Shown piece after piece: positions 9,677-20,192 of a DNA stretch of 64,000 nucleotides. How positions within the stretch are numbered: position 1 is the first letter of the stretch; each line of letters starts with the position of its first letter. A model generated the notes under the pieces. That model was not told where the DNA came from, did not search any database, and worked only from the letters and a program-made list of their open reading frames with translations. Source of the DNA: Rhodospirillaceae bacterium (GTDB lineage Bacteria > Pseudomonadota > Alphaproteobacteria > Dongiales > Dongiaceae); the NCBI GenBank assembly GCA_016712715.1, contig JADJQM010000001.1, forward strand, positions 1,811,094 to 1,875,093. Direction: 5' to 3'. The translations under genes and the position numbers were made by a program.

Positions 9677-10143
9677 CGGCTCTCTCTGCCGGTGGCGGTC
9701 GGCAGCACGCGGCTGTCTTTCGGGCTGGAAAGCGCGATGAGGCTCTGTGTGCGCCGGATCCCTGCCAGAGTCTTGATATGATTGTTCAGAAAATCCTCAT
9801 AGGCACCGGTCGACGCGACACGCACCTTGAGAAGATAGGAAAAATCGCCGGCAATATGGTGACACTCCATCACGGCGGGCACGGCCAGCATGGCTTCAAG
9901 AAAAGCGCGCTCCGCCTCCACGCCGCCCACTTCGACCAGGACGAAGACCATCAGACTGAGGTCCAGCGCGGCGGGATCGATCTCGGCACTGATGCGCCGA
10001 ATGACGCCTTTCGCCCGCAGCCGCTTCAGCCGGTCGTTGATGGTCGAGGCGGACAAGCCCACCCGTTCGCCCAAATCAGCGTAGGCAGAGGTGGCGTCCA
10101 GTTGCATCAGGCCGACAATGGCGCGGTCGATTGGGTCAAGCAT
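9673..10143 (-). CDS. Lrp/AsnC family transcriptional regulator
   Basis: ORF 9673..10143: N-terminal HTH (DRAIVGLMQLDATSAYADLGERVGLSASTINDRLKRL) and a C-terminal AsnC-type ligand domain. Its stop overlaps the lysE-family start. Confidence 0.85.
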   Translation of the reverse strand: MLDPIDRAIVGLMQLDATSAYADLGERVGLSASTINDRLKRLRAKGVIRRISAEIDPAALDLSLMVFVLVEVGGVEAERAFLEAMLAVPAVMECHHIAGDFSYLLKVRVASTGAYEDFLNNHIKTLAGIRRTQSLIALSSPKDSRVLPTATGRESR

Positions 10144-10274
10144 GTATCTTCAGCCGGAAGTAAATGATCTTTTCCGTATGTAGTTCGATATTTTCCTATT
10201 TTCAACATATTTCATGCGGCTTTCACCTTCTTTTTTCCACCCCGCCTTTGTTATGCCAAGATGATCGTTCAAGA

Positions 10275-10844
10275 ATGCGGAAACCGGCGGAGCTGGAAAA
10301 CGTGACACGAACGCGCGCGCAATGGGTCGGCCAGTTGGCGCGGCTGGCGGTCCTTTCACAGATGCTGTTGGCCGGGCTGGTCATGCCGCTCGCGACCGTT
10401 CCCGCGCGCGCTGAAACGCCGACCGATCTTCCGAAACTGGAACCGGAGGCCCTGACGGACCTTGCCCCCGACGCCGTCCCGGTCACGGACCCCGCCGAGA
10501 TCAGAAAGAAGCTGAACGAGCTCACGATCTATGGCCGCTATTATGATGGCGAGGATTGGATCGAGTATCATCTGGCCGATGGCCGCACGGCCTATTTCGA
10601 GAAAGGCTGCACTTATCCTGGCAAATGGTGGCTGGAGAACGGCGAGGTCTGCTACGCCTATCCGACCTATCGCAATGGCGAGCCGAATTGCTTTGTGATG
10701 TTCGTCCGCCCGAACGGCGGAATCCAGTTTGTCGCCTTCGGGGCCGATGGTGCCCCCTACATCGCCTCTTCCTCGCTGAAGACGGCGCCGGGCAATGATG
10801 CCCATTTGCCCCTTAATGGGGTCAGCCCCTGCCTGAGCGTGTAG
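10275..10844 (+). CDS. Hypothetical secreted protein
   Basis: ORF 10164..10844 trimmed to ATG 10275 (MRKPAE...LLAGLVMPLATVPARA signal peptide). The Cys-containing C-terminal domain (YFEKGCTYPGKWWLENGEVCYAYP) has no recognised family. Confidence 0.5.
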   Translation: MRKPAELENVTRTRAQWVGQLARLAVLSQMLLAGLVMPLATVPARAETPTDLPKLEPEALTDLAPDAVPVTDPAEIRKKLNELTIYGRYYDGEDWIEYHLADGRTAYFEKGCTYPGKWWLENGEVCYAYPTYRNGEPNCFVMFVRPNGGIQFVAFGADGAPYIASSSLKTAPGNDAHLPLNGVSPCLSV

Positions 10845-11155
10845 CGACCTTTCTGGCCGTCCCTCACAGATGACCGAATTTGCCAACGTTTAGCCCGGAA
10901 TCACCTTCCGGAGTGTGGCGAAGCGCGCCAATTTCCACCAGATCCACGGCTTCTTCACAAATAGTGTGTCGTTATTGTATGTTTGTGTTGGTTAACAGAA
11001 CGTTAACATGATACTTTTGACATTAGGGATTAGGTCTTGATTCGTAGGTAAGAGCTTAGGGCCTTGGTGTCGTCTGGATCGGCGTCGACCTGTTGGCGCC
11101 GATTTTGTCGGGGGCGCGGGTCGGGGGCTGCCGACCCGCGCCAGGGTCCGGGCGG

Positions 11156-14100
11156 ATGTCTTTTAGGGGGCGTGGCCGTGCCACGGAGGATGATTTGACA
11201 GAACCCAGCCTCGGCGAGGCCGGCTCGTTCCGAGACATGATCGCCGCACCTACCGGATCACGACGCGTGCTGTCCGCCGGCCTCATCCTTCTGTCGACGA
11301 CAGCCCTTGCCAGCCTCGCCCTGCTCGCTGCCACCGATCAGCTCTCCAACAGCGCGTCGCTCGCCATAGGCGCGACTGCGGCCGCCGGCGCCTTGTCCCT
11401 GCTGTTTGCCAGGCGCACGGACGCGGTCCAGGCCGCAGCGCCCACGCGCCACGTCCAACCCGACCAGGTGATCGACCGGGCGCAGGCCCTCATTGTCGTG
11501 ACTGACGGCAAGGGCCAGATGCTGAGCTACAATCAGGCCTGTGCCGAGTTTTCCGGCTATTCCATGGTCGAACTGGCGGATCCGCGGCAGTGGCGGCTCC
11601 TTGTGCCACCAGACGAATGGGATGCCGTGCTGGCAGCCGTCGACGGCACGACGGGAAAACCCTTTCCGCGCATCAACGAGAACCATTGGCTGACCAAATC
11701 CGGAGAGAAGCGCTTGCTGCGCTGGACCTGCTCGGACATCCGGGACGCATCCGGCCATCTGGCGGCAATCGTCGCCGCCGGCATTGATATCACCGACCTG
11801 CGCCGCTCCGAGACACTGGCGCAGCGGTCGGAAAAAGCGCTCCGCCGTGCTCACCGCATTGCCAAGCTCGCCTACTGGAATTGGATACCGACATCGGCTG
11901 TCGGCCCCCGCATCCGCGACGATAGCGAGGGCCAGTACAATTACGCCGCTGAGGCGGCCGAGATCTTTGAAATTCCGCTGATCGAGCTCAATCAGGGCGA
12001 TGACCCGGCCTATGCGGCACTCATTCATCCTGAGGATCGCGCGACGGCCATGGAACGCTATCATGCGTTCATCAGGTCGGATGAAGACCATCTGACCCAG
12101 GATTATCGCATCTGCCGCGCAAATGGGAACCATCGCCACATCCGCGTCATCTCCGAAAAGCTGCGCAACGAACACGGTCATATCATCGAGATGACCGGCA
12201 TCGTCCAGGATCTCACCGAAATCAGGCGCGCCGAACTGGCAATTCAGCAGGTGCAGCTGATCCTGACCGCCGCCCACAAGCTCGCCGGTGTCGGCTATTG
12301 GTTCTGGGAAGAAGCCGGTCATCAAAACGATGAATCGAAGGCGCCGACGACCAATTTCCACTATTCGGCCGAAGCCCAGGCCGTAAGCGGTATCACCGAA
12401 GAGCAGATGCAGTCGCTCTCGACCGAGGAGTTCTGCCAGCGCTATGTCCACAGCGCCGACCGCGCCCGGGTGACGGAAGCCCTGCTGCGCTTCCGCCGCG
12501 GCGAGACGGATCAATACACGGTTGAATACGTCTATCTGCACCCGCAGCTGGGCGAGCGGACCTTGCGATCCGTGGCATTGCGCGAACGCGATGGTGCGGG
12601 CGCGGCGCTCCACGCAACGGGCATGATCCATGACATCTCAGACATGCGCCGCGGCGAACACGCACTGCGCGACAAGGAGCATCAGCTGGAGACTGCGCAC
12701 CATCTGGCGCGCCTCGGTTATTGGTCCTGGTTGAAAGACGACAATGCCCAAAAAGGCGGCATCAAGTCGGCCGTCTGGTCGAAGGAAGCTGCCGCCATCA
12801 CCGGTATCGACGTCGCGACGGCCGAGGCGGCGATGCTCGACTTCACCTTCGAGCAGCGCTTCCCGCATCCCGACGACCGACTGCGCCTGATGCGGGCGAT
12901 CGAGGAACTGCGCGATGGCCGGCGCACCGGCTATGACCTTGACTATCGCCTGCGCGGCTCGGATGGGCGGGAAATCTGGCTCCGGTCCCTCGCCCAGCAG
13001 ATGGTCGATGCCGAGGGTCGGATCATCGGCGCATTTGGGATTATCCAGGATATCAGCGAGCGCAAGAACGCCGAAGCCGATCTGCGTCGCGCCCATCAAA
13101 GCCTTGCCAATGCGCAGCGCATCGCCCATGTCGGCAATTGGTCGCGCGTCATGGCTACCGGCGAGGTTACCTGCTCGGATGAAGTCTATCGCATTTTCGG
13201 CCTCGAACCCGGCAGCGTTGCCCTGACATTCGAACGGATGCTGGACATCGCGCATCCCGAGGACCGAGCGCGCCTCGCCCGGCATATCCAGGAAACGACG
13301 GAAAAGCCCGCACCGTTTCAGATCGAGCACCGCATCATCCTGCCCGGCAATGAGGTCAGGTTCGTGCGGCAGCAGGGCGAGCCGATGCTGGACAGCGATG
13401 CGAAGCTGGTCCGCCTTGAAGGCATCGTCCTGGACATAACCGACATCAAGGCACGCGAAAAGGCGCTCAACCAGGCGCGCATCCGCGCCGAGACGGCGGA
13501 CCGCGCCAAGACCGAGTTCCTGGCCAATATGAGCCACGAACTGCGTACACCGCTCAACGCCGTTATCGGCTTTTCCGATGTGCTGGCGCAGCAATTGCTG
13601 GGGCCGGTTCCCGACAGCTATAATGAAAGCATCGAAGCGATCCGCAGCAGCGGCAAGCACCTTCTCGAGATCATCAGCGATCTCCTGGAAATGTCGCGCA
13701 TCGAAAGCGGCGAACGCTATTTGCAGGAAGCACCCTTCGACGTACGCGCGGCGATCCAGGCCTGCAGCCAGCATTTCAGCAACCAGGCAAAGCGCGACGG
13801 TATCGCGCTTTCGATCGACCAAACGGGAAAGCTGCCTGTCCTGCTGGGAGAGGAACGTGCCTTCAAGCAGATCCTCGGCAACCTGTTGTCGAATGCCCTG
13901 AAGTTCACGCCGCGACATGGTCAGGTGACCATCACCGCCACCAACGACACCGATGCCGGGCTGCTGATCGCCGTGTCCGACACCGGCAAGGGGATAGATC
14001 CCCTGTTGCTGCCGCAATTGGGCAAGCCGTTCGCGCAAGGGGAAAACAGCCTGTCGCGTCGCTATGGCGGGGTCGGCCTTGGTCTTGCCATCAGCCGACG

Positions 14101-14212
14101 CCTGATGAATTTGCACAATGGGCGCCTTGAGATCACCAGCGCACCGGGAGCCGGCACGCGTGTCATCATGATCTTCCCGCCGGAACGCCTGCTCTCTGAA
14201 AACACCCGCTAG
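11156..14212 (+). CDS. Multi-PAS sensor histidine kinase (no receiver domain)
   Basis: ORF 11093..14212. It has two N-terminal TM segments and repeated PAS/PAC modules (...GIVQDLTEIRRAE..., GMIHDISDMRRGE..., GIIQDISERKNAE..., GIVLDITDIKARE...). H-box FLANMSHELRTPLNAV. HATPase G-boxes DTGKGI and GGVGLGLAI. The start is uncertain (11093-11240). Confidence 0.85.
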   Translation: MSFRGRGRATEDDLTEPSLGEAGSFRDMIAAPTGSRRVLSAGLILLSTTALASLALLAATDQLSNSASLAIGATAAAGALSLLFARRTDAVQAAAPTRHVQPDQVIDRAQALIVVTDGKGQMLSYNQACAEFSGYSMVELADPRQWRLLVPPDEWDAVLAAVDGTTGKPFPRINENHWLTKSGEKRLLRWTCSDIRDASGHLAAIVAAGIDITDLRRSETLAQRSEKALRRAHRIAKLAYWNWIPTSAVGPRIRDDSEGQYNYAAEAAEIFEIPLIELNQGDDPAYAALIHPEDRATAMERYHAFIRSDEDHLTQDYRICRANGNHRHIRVISEKLRNEHGHIIEMTGIVQDLTEIRRAELAIQQVQLILTAAHKLAGVGYWFWEEAGHQNDESKAPTTNFHYSAEAQAVSGITEEQMQSLSTEEFCQRYVHSADRARVTEALLRFRRGETDQYTVEYVYLHPQLGERTLRSVALRERDGAGAALHATGMIHDISDMRRGEHALRDKEHQLETAHHLARLGYWSWLKDDNAQKGGIKSAVWSKEAAAITGIDVATAEAAMLDFTFEQRFPHPDDRLRLMRAIEELRDGRRTGYDLDYRLRGSDGREIWLRSLAQQMVDAEGRIIGAFGIIQDISERKNAEADLRRAHQSLANAQRIAHVGNWSRVMATGEVTCSDEVYRIFGLEPGSVALTFERMLDIAHPEDRARLARHIQETTEKPAPFQIEHRIILPGNEVRFVRQQGEPMLDSDAKLVRLEGIVLDITDIKAREKALNQARIRAETADRAKTEFLANMSHELRTPLNAVIGFSDVLAQQLLGPVPDSYNESIEAIRSSGKHLLEIISDLLEMSRIESGERYLQEAPFDVRAAIQACSQHFSNQAKRDGIALSIDQTGKLPVLLGEERAFKQILGNLLSNALKFTPRHGQVTITATNDTDAGLLIAVSDTGKGIDPLLLPQLGKPFAQGENSLSRRYGGVGLGLAISRRLMNLHNGRLEITSAPGAGTRVIMIFPPERLLSENTR

Positions 14213-16020
14213 GCAGCGAGCAGCGCACGCAACTCGTCGCCGCTCAGCGTTTCCTTCTCCAGCAGCGACTGCGCCATCCGCTCAAGCAGCGGACGTTTTG
14301 CCGTCAGCATCTGCAGCGCCTTCTGGAAGGCCTGCTCGATCAGGTCGCGCACGGCAAGATCGATCTCCCGGGCCGTCTGCTCGCTGAACTGCCGGGGCGC
14401 ACCGAACGGCGTCTGCGGCACGCCCAGATAGGTCTGCGGCGCGTCCTCGAGCGCTACCTGGCCGAGCGCCGCGTTCATGCCGAAGCGCATCACCATGCTG
14501 CGTGCGATATCCGTCACCTTGACCAGATCATCCGACGCGCCGGTCGACAGTTCGTCGAAGATCAGCTTCTCGGCGGCGCGGCCACCCAGCAGCACGATCA
14601 TCCTGTTCTCCAGCTCGGCGCGCGTCATCAGATAGCGGTCCTCGGTCGGCCGCTGGATGGTGTAGCCGAGCGAACCGATGCCGCGCGGGATGATCGAAAC
14701 CTTATGCACGGTCTCGTTGCCGGGAATGGAGAGTGCCAGCAGGGCGTGGCCAATCTCGTGATGGGCGACGATCCTGCGTTCCTGCAGGTTGAGCAGCCGG
14801 TTACGCTTTTCGAGCCCGGCCACGATGCGTTCGATCGCCGCAGTGAAATCCGCCGCGGTGACATTCTCGCCGCCACGGCGGGTGGCGAGCAGCGTCGCCT
14901 CGTTGACCAGGTTCGCAAGATCCGCCCCGGTGAATCCAGGCGTAAGCCCGGCAATGTCCTCGGGCTTCACATCGGGACCGAGCTTCGCCTTCTTGAGATG
15001 GACATTGAGAATCTGCACGCGACCGACCCGGTCCGGCTTGTCGACCAGCACCTGCCGGTCGAAACGACCGGCGCGCAGCAAAGCCGGATCCAGAATCTCC
15101 GGTCGGTTGGTGGCGCCCAACAGCACCAGCCCGCGACTGGGGTCGAATCCATCGAGTTCAGCGAGCAATTGATTGAGCGTCTGTTCCTTCTCGTCATGCC
15201 CGCCACCGAAGGGAAACGCACCCCGCGCCCGCCCCAGTGCGTCCAGTTCGTCGATGAAGATGATCGCCGGCGCATTGGCGCGCGCCTGCTCGAACAGATC
15301 CCGCACCCGGGCCGCACCAACGCCGACGAACATCTCGACGAATTCCGACCCGCTGATCGAAAAGAACGGCACGCCGGCTTCGCCCGCGACGGCGCGCGCC
15401 AGCAATGTCTTGCCGGTCCCCGGTGGCCCCACCAGCAGGATGCCCTTCGGCATGCGCCCGCCCAGCCGGCCATACTTGTCCGGGTTCTTCAGGAAGTTGA
15501 CGATCTCTTCCAACTCGGCCTTGGCTTCGTCGACGCCGGCCACATCGGCAAAGGTGACCTTGGTGTCGGTCTCGACGAAGATCTTGGCGCGGCTCTTGCC
15601 GATGGTCATGAACCCGCCGCCAAACCCTGCCTTGTCCGCGAATTTGCGGAACACCAGCGCCCAGATGCCGAAAAAGATGAGGGCCGGTGCCACCCATGAA
15701 AGGATGTTGCGCAACAGAGAATCTTCGCTGGCCCCCGTGACGACCACGCCATGATCGGCCAGTTCCGCGGCGATCTGCGGGTCGACCCGCGTCGTCACGA
15801 ATTGCTGCGCCCGCGCCTCGGGGGTCTCGCGCAACGTGCCTTGTATGTAGTTCTGGCTGACGGTGACTTCGGCGATCTTGCCATCCTGCAACAGCTTCTG
15901 GAACTCGCTATAGGGCAGGACTTCGACGGCCAGAAACTGCGCCAGGAAGTACTGGGCAGCGAAAACGCCAAGGACGGCAACGACTAAATACCAAGTATGG
16001 AACTGTGCCTTCTTGTCCAT
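14209..16020 (-). CDS. ftsH: ATP-dependent zinc metalloprotease, FtsH family (paralog)
   Basis: ORF 14209..16020. Two TM segments, AAA+ Walker A GPPGTGKT, second region of homology, zinc site HEIGHAL. Confidence 0.9.
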   Translation of the reverse strand: MDKKAQFHTWYLVVAVLGVFAAQYFLAQFLAVEVLPYSEFQKLLQDGKIAEVTVSQNYIQGTLRETPEARAQQFVTTRVDPQIAAELADHGVVVTGASEDSLLRNILSWVAPALIFFGIWALVFRKFADKAGFGGGFMTIGKSRAKIFVETDTKVTFADVAGVDEAKAELEEIVNFLKNPDKYGRLGGRMPKGILLVGPPGTGKTLLARAVAGEAGVPFFSISGSEFVEMFVGVGAARVRDLFEQARANAPAIIFIDELDALGRARGAFPFGGGHDEKEQTLNQLLAELDGFDPSRGLVLLGATNRPEILDPALLRAGRFDRQVLVDKPDRVGRVQILNVHLKKAKLGPDVKPEDIAGLTPGFTGADLANLVNEATLLATRRGGENVTAADFTAAIERIVAGLEKRNRLLNLQERRIVAHHEIGHALLALSIPGNETVHKVSIIPRGIGSLGYTIQRPTEDRYLMTRAELENRMIVLLGGRAAEKLIFDELSTGASDDLVKVTDIARSMVMRFGMNAALGQVALEDAPQTYLGVPQTPFGAPRQFSEQTAREIDLAVRDLIEQAFQKALQMLTAKRPLLERMAQSLLEKETLSGDELRALLAA

Positions 16021-16123
16021 GCCGCCACGCGCCCCGCGAATGATCCCTGTGCGCCCGCATGCTGCGCGCTTAGGCTCACCGGGTCAAGGCGAGCACACCA
16101 CCGTGTCACATGGTGCAAAGGCA

Positions 16124-17944
16124 CTATTCGACGGTGACGCTCTTTGCCAAATTGCGCGGCTGGTCGACATCTGTCCCCTTGGCCACAGCCGCGTGATAGG
16201 CGAGAAGCTGCACCGGGATGGTGTAGAGGATCGGCGAAACGAAGGGATCGACCTTCGGCAGTTCCACCACCGCCATCGCCTGGCCTCCCAGCTTCTTGAC
16301 ACCATCGGCATCGGACAGGAACACCACGCGACCGCCGCGAGCCATGACTTCCTGCAGGTTCGAGAAGGTCTTATCGAACAGCTCGTCGGTTGGCGCCACG
16401 ACGATGACCGGGACATTTTCATCGATCAGCGCGATCGGCCCGTGCTTCATCTCGCCGGCGGCATAGCCTTCGGCATGGATGTAGGAAATTTCCTTGAGCT
16501 TGAGCGCGCCTTCCAGGGCAATCGGATAGGAGGTGCCGCGACCCAGGAAAAGCACATCCCGCGCTTCCGCCACCTTGAGGGCGATTTCATGAAGATGCGC
16601 ATCGTGGTTGAGGATCTCGGCGACGCGTGCCGGTACCTCGGTCAACGCGGTCGACAGTTCCGCCTCGCGCGCCGCATCGATGGCGCCGCGTGCCCGTGCC
16701 GCGGCCAGCGCAAAACAGGCCAGCACCACCAGCTGCGTCGAGAAGGCCTTGGTCGAAGCAACGCCGATCTCCGGCCCGGCCAGGGTATGAAGCACGAGAT
16801 CGCTTTCGCGGCCGATGGTGCTTTCCGGCACGTTGAGGACCGAGATTACCTTCTGGCCGAGCGACTTCGCATAGCGGAGTGCTGCCAGCGTGTCCGCCGT
16901 CTCGCCGGACTGAGAGATCACCAGCATGGCACCGTTCGGGTCCATCGGCGCCTGCCGATAGCGGAATTCCGAGGCGACATCGAGTTCGACCGGCAGCCGC
17001 GCCAGGCTCTCCAGCCAATATTTGGCGACGAATCCGGCAAGATGCGCCGTCCCGCAGGCAACGATGGTGAGACGCGTGACCGTGGCAAGATCAATGGGCA
17101 GCGGCGGCAATTCAATGCGCCGCTCCAGCGGGTTCATGAAGGCCTGCAACGTGTCGCCGATGACGGTCGGTTGCTCGGCGATCTCCTTCATCATGAAATG
17201 GCGGTAATTGCCCTTGCCGATGAGGGCGCCGGAGAGCGCCGTCTGCGTCACGTCGCGATTGACCCGGCGACCGTCATTGTAGATGACGGCGCCGTCCATC
17301 GAGAGAACCGCCCAATCATCTTCCTCGAGATAGCAGATGCGGTTGGTGAAGGGAGCGAGCGCCATCGCATCCGAGCCCAGGAACATCTCGCCATCGCCAT
17401 AACCGACCGCGAGCGGCGATCCGCGCCGCGCCCCGACGATGATATCGGGCCGGTCGGCGAACAGGATGGCCAAAGAGAAGGCACCGTGCAGCTTGCCCAT
17501 GGCGCGTTCCATCGCCTGTTCCGGGCTGTGGCCATGTTCGAGATAGTGGGTCAGCAGATGCGCCACCACTTCGGTGTCGGTATCGGTGGTGAATTTCTTG
17601 CCGAGCTGGCCGAGCTCCTCGCGCAGTTCCTGGAAATTCTCGATGATGCCGTTATGCACGATGGCGACCTTGTCGGTCGCATGCGGATGCGCGTTGTTCT
17701 CGGAGGGGCGGCCATGGGTCGCCCAGCGCGTGTGGCCGATGCCGATGGTGCCGGGTAGCGGCTGCTTCTCGAGGACGGCGCCAAGATTGCCGAGCTTGCC
17801 TTCGGCACGGCGGCGCTCGATGCGGCCATCGACCAGCGTCGCGATGCCGGCAGAATCATAGCCGCGATATTCGAGCCGCTTCAGGCCATCGAACAGCAAG
17901 GGTGTGACTTGCGCCTTGCCGATGATACCGACGATACCGCACAT
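16124..17944 (-). CDS. glmS: Glutamine--fructose-6-phosphate aminotransferase
   Basis: ORF 16124..17944. Ntn-Cys start MCGIVG, two SIS domains, C-terminus ...KSVTVE. Confidence 0.97.
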   Translation of the reverse strand: MCGIVGIIGKAQVTPLLFDGLKRLEYRGYDSAGIATLVDGRIERRRAEGKLGNLGAVLEKQPLPGTIGIGHTRWATHGRPSENNAHPHATDKVAIVHNGIIENFQELREELGQLGKKFTTDTDTEVVAHLLTHYLEHGHSPEQAMERAMGKLHGAFSLAILFADRPDIIVGARRGSPLAVGYGDGEMFLGSDAMALAPFTNRICYLEEDDWAVLSMDGAVIYNDGRRVNRDVTQTALSGALIGKGNYRHFMMKEIAEQPTVIGDTLQAFMNPLERRIELPPLPIDLATVTRLTIVACGTAHLAGFVAKYWLESLARLPVELDVASEFRYRQAPMDPNGAMLVISQSGETADTLAALRYAKSLGQKVISVLNVPESTIGRESDLVLHTLAGPEIGVASTKAFSTQLVVLACFALAAARARGAIDAAREAELSTALTEVPARVAEILNHDAHLHEIALKVAEARDVLFLGRGTSYPIALEGALKLKEISYIHAEGYAAGEMKHGPIALIDENVPVIVVAPTDELFDKTFSNLQEVMARGGRVVFLSDADGVKKLGGQAMAVVELPKVDPFVSPILYTIPVQLLAYHAAVAKGTDVDQPRNLAKSVTVE

Positions 17945-17978
17945 AAGTTCTGGCTCCCGCTCGTTCCGACGATCCCGC

Positions 17979-19355
17979 TTATTGGCGGGTCTTGTCCTGT
18001 TTCAGCTTCTGGCGCTGGGCGCGGAAATCGCGCGCCCGACCGGCACGCGAGACCTGCTCGCCGCGCGCCACGGCGATGGCATCCGCCTCGACGTCCCGCG
18101 TGATGACGCTGCCGGCGCCGATGATGGCGCCATCGCCCACTTTAACCGGCGCCACCAGCGCCGAGTTTGAGCCGATGAAGGCGCCTTCGCCGATCACGGT
18201 GCGCGCCTTCATATAGCCGTCGTAATTGCAGGTGATGGTGCCGGCGCCGATATTGCTTTTGGCGCCGATATCGGCATCGCCGAGATAGCTGAGGTGATTG
18301 GCCTTGGCGCCTTTCCCCAGCACAGAATTCTTCACCTCGACGAAATTGCCGACATGCGCATCCGTCCCGATCTCGCTGCCTGGCCGCAACCGTGCAAAGG
18401 GACCGATCACCGCACCGCTCTCGATCCGCGCCCCTTCAATATGGCAGAAGGCGCGGATCTCGACATCATCGGCGACGCTGACGCCGGGGCCGAAGAAGAC
18501 ATGGGGGCCGATCACCACGTCGCGGCCCATTTTTGTATCCGCCGCGAAGAACACGGATTTAGGATCGGTCAACGTCGCACCTTCGTCCATCGCCAGCGCG
18601 CGGCGCTGATCCTGGAACAGGCTTTCGGCAATGGCGAGTTCGGCGCGGCTGTTGACGCCCATCAGTTCCGCTTCCGGCGCCTCGACCACGGCACAGGCCC
18701 GGCCATCGCGGCGCGCCAGTTCGACGATATCGGTGAGGTAATACTCGCCATTGGCATTCTTGTTGTCGACGCGGTCGATGAGCGACCACAGCACCTTGCC
18801 GTCAATTGCCATGACACCGGAATTGCACAGGGTCACGGCACGTTCCGCCTCGCTCGCTTCCTTCCATTCGACGATGCGGTCGAGGGCGCCATTTTGGTCG
18901 AGGATGAGCCGGCCGTATTTCGCGGGATCCGCCGGCCGCATCCCCAGCACCACCACGGCCGGGTTGTCGGCACCCTGCCGGCGCGCCACCAGGCTGGCCA
19001 AGGTCGCGGTCGAGATGAACGGGCTGTCGCCATAGAGCACCAGCACCGTGCCGGTGAATGTGCCCAACGCCTGCCGTGCGCAACCGACCGCATGGCCGGT
19101 CCCCAGCTGGTCGGCCTGGATCGCCACCGGCAAGGGCGCCACCTCCGCAGCCACCTGGTCCATGCCCGGTGCCACGACAACGACATTGGGCTGGCTGCCC
19201 AAAGGTTTCAGATTGGCCAGCACATGGCCGATCATGGTTCGCCCGGCGATGCGATGCATCACCTTGGGCAAGGCCGATTTCATGCGCGTGCCCTTGCCGG
19301 CGGCAAGGATGATGGCGCCAGTGCGATTTTCGGTGCGAGCGTCGGTGCGAGACAT
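17979..19355 (-). CDS. glmU: Bifunctional UDP-GlcNAc pyrophosphorylase / GlcN-1-P acetyltransferase
   Basis: ORF 17979..19355. LAAGKGTRMKS motif and C-terminal hexapeptide repeats. Confidence 0.95.
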   Translation of the reverse strand: MSRTDARTENRTGAIILAAGKGTRMKSALPKVMHRIAGRTMIGHVLANLKPLGSQPNVVVVAPGMDQVAAEVAPLPVAIQADQLGTGHAVGCARQALGTFTGTVLVLYGDSPFISTATLASLVARRQGADNPAVVVLGMRPADPAKYGRLILDQNGALDRIVEWKEASEAERAVTLCNSGVMAIDGKVLWSLIDRVDNKNANGEYYLTDIVELARRDGRACAVVEAPEAELMGVNSRAELAIAESLFQDQRRALAMDEGATLTDPKSVFFAADTKMGRDVVIGPHVFFGPGVSVADDVEIRAFCHIEGARIESGAVIGPFARLRPGSEIGTDAHVGNFVEVKNSVLGKGAKANHLSYLGDADIGAKSNIGAGTITCNYDGYMKARTVIGEGAFIGSNSALVAPVKVGDGAIIGAGSVITRDVEADAIAVARGEQVSRAGRARDFRAQRQKLKQDKTRQ

Positions 19356-19515
19356 GGAATGGACCGATCCTGAAATCTATAAAGCGCCGCGGAAATGCCC
19401 CCAACGGCGCCCTGGCTTGCGATTGGGGGGAAAATGCCATATCCACCGCCGGCAATCCAATCCCAAGATGCCGCTCGCAACTTGGGCTCAGGATACAGGG
19501 CAAAAGGGCGGAATT

Positions 19516-20192
19516 ATGGCGTGGCGGCGGTATCTGGTATTCGATCTCGACGGCACACTGATCGATTCGGCACCCGATATCGCCGATGCGGTCAACACGC
19601 TGCTGCAGGAATTGGGCAAGGCGCCCCTGGCGCTTGAGGCCGTGAAATCGATGATCGGCGACGGTGCGCCGGTCCTGCTCGCCCGGGCCCTCAAGGCCGC
19701 CGGCAGTCCTCAGACCGCCGGCCAGCTGATGCCCCGCTTCAAGATCCACTACGAGGCTGCGTCAACCAACCGCACCGCCCTTTATCCCAAGGTACGCGAG
19801 ATCCTGGAAGAGTTCCGCCGCGAGGGCCGCCATCTGGCGCTCTGCACCAACAAGCCCAGCGCCACGACCCGGGTCGTGCTCGATCATTTTGGTCTTTCGG
19901 CCCTGTTCCAGTCGATCATCGGCGGCGATTCCCTGAAGGAGCGGAAGCCCGCCCGCGAACCCCTGCCGCCATCACCCAGGCGGGTGGCGATGCGCTGCGG
20001 GCGGCGACGGAAGCGATCATGATCGGCGACAGCCATACCGACCTCGCCACCGCCAAGGCCGGTGGCGTGCCGGCCGTCATCATCCCCTCAGGCTATGGCC
20101 AACCGGCCGACCGCGCGACGCAGGGCGACTATCATGAGCTGGCCCGCTTTGCCGATCTCCCGGCACTCTTGGCAAAGCTCGATCAGAACTGA
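19516..20192 (+). pseudogene. gph: HAD-family phosphoglycolate phosphatase, frameshifted
   Basis: From ATG 19516: MAWRRYLVFDLDGTLIDS (DxDGT), LCTNKP. The frame breaks at about 19966-19970 (GGDSLKERKPAREPL | AITQAGGDALRAATEAIMIGDSHTDLATAKAGGVPAVIIPSGYG). The second frame ends at TGA 20190-20192. Confidence 0.75.

Noticed and set aside
16013-17758. 581-aa plus-strand ORF antisense to glmS. Similar long antisense ORFs occur at 26348..28306 (opposite narG), 41992..43767 (opposite ftsK), 12638..14116 (opposite the kinase), 52828..54468 and 35264..36235.
   Set aside because: Each lies fully inside a gene with unmistakable conserved motifs on the other strand. Their products are Arg/Gly/Ala/His-rich with no motifs. 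This is the expected stop-codon-poor antisense frame of a GC-rich genome.
17945-17978. glmS ribozyme or other leader element upstream of glmS.
   Set aside because: Only 34 nt separate glmU and glmS, too short for the ribozyme. To my knowledge the ribozyme is essentially a Gram-positive feature.
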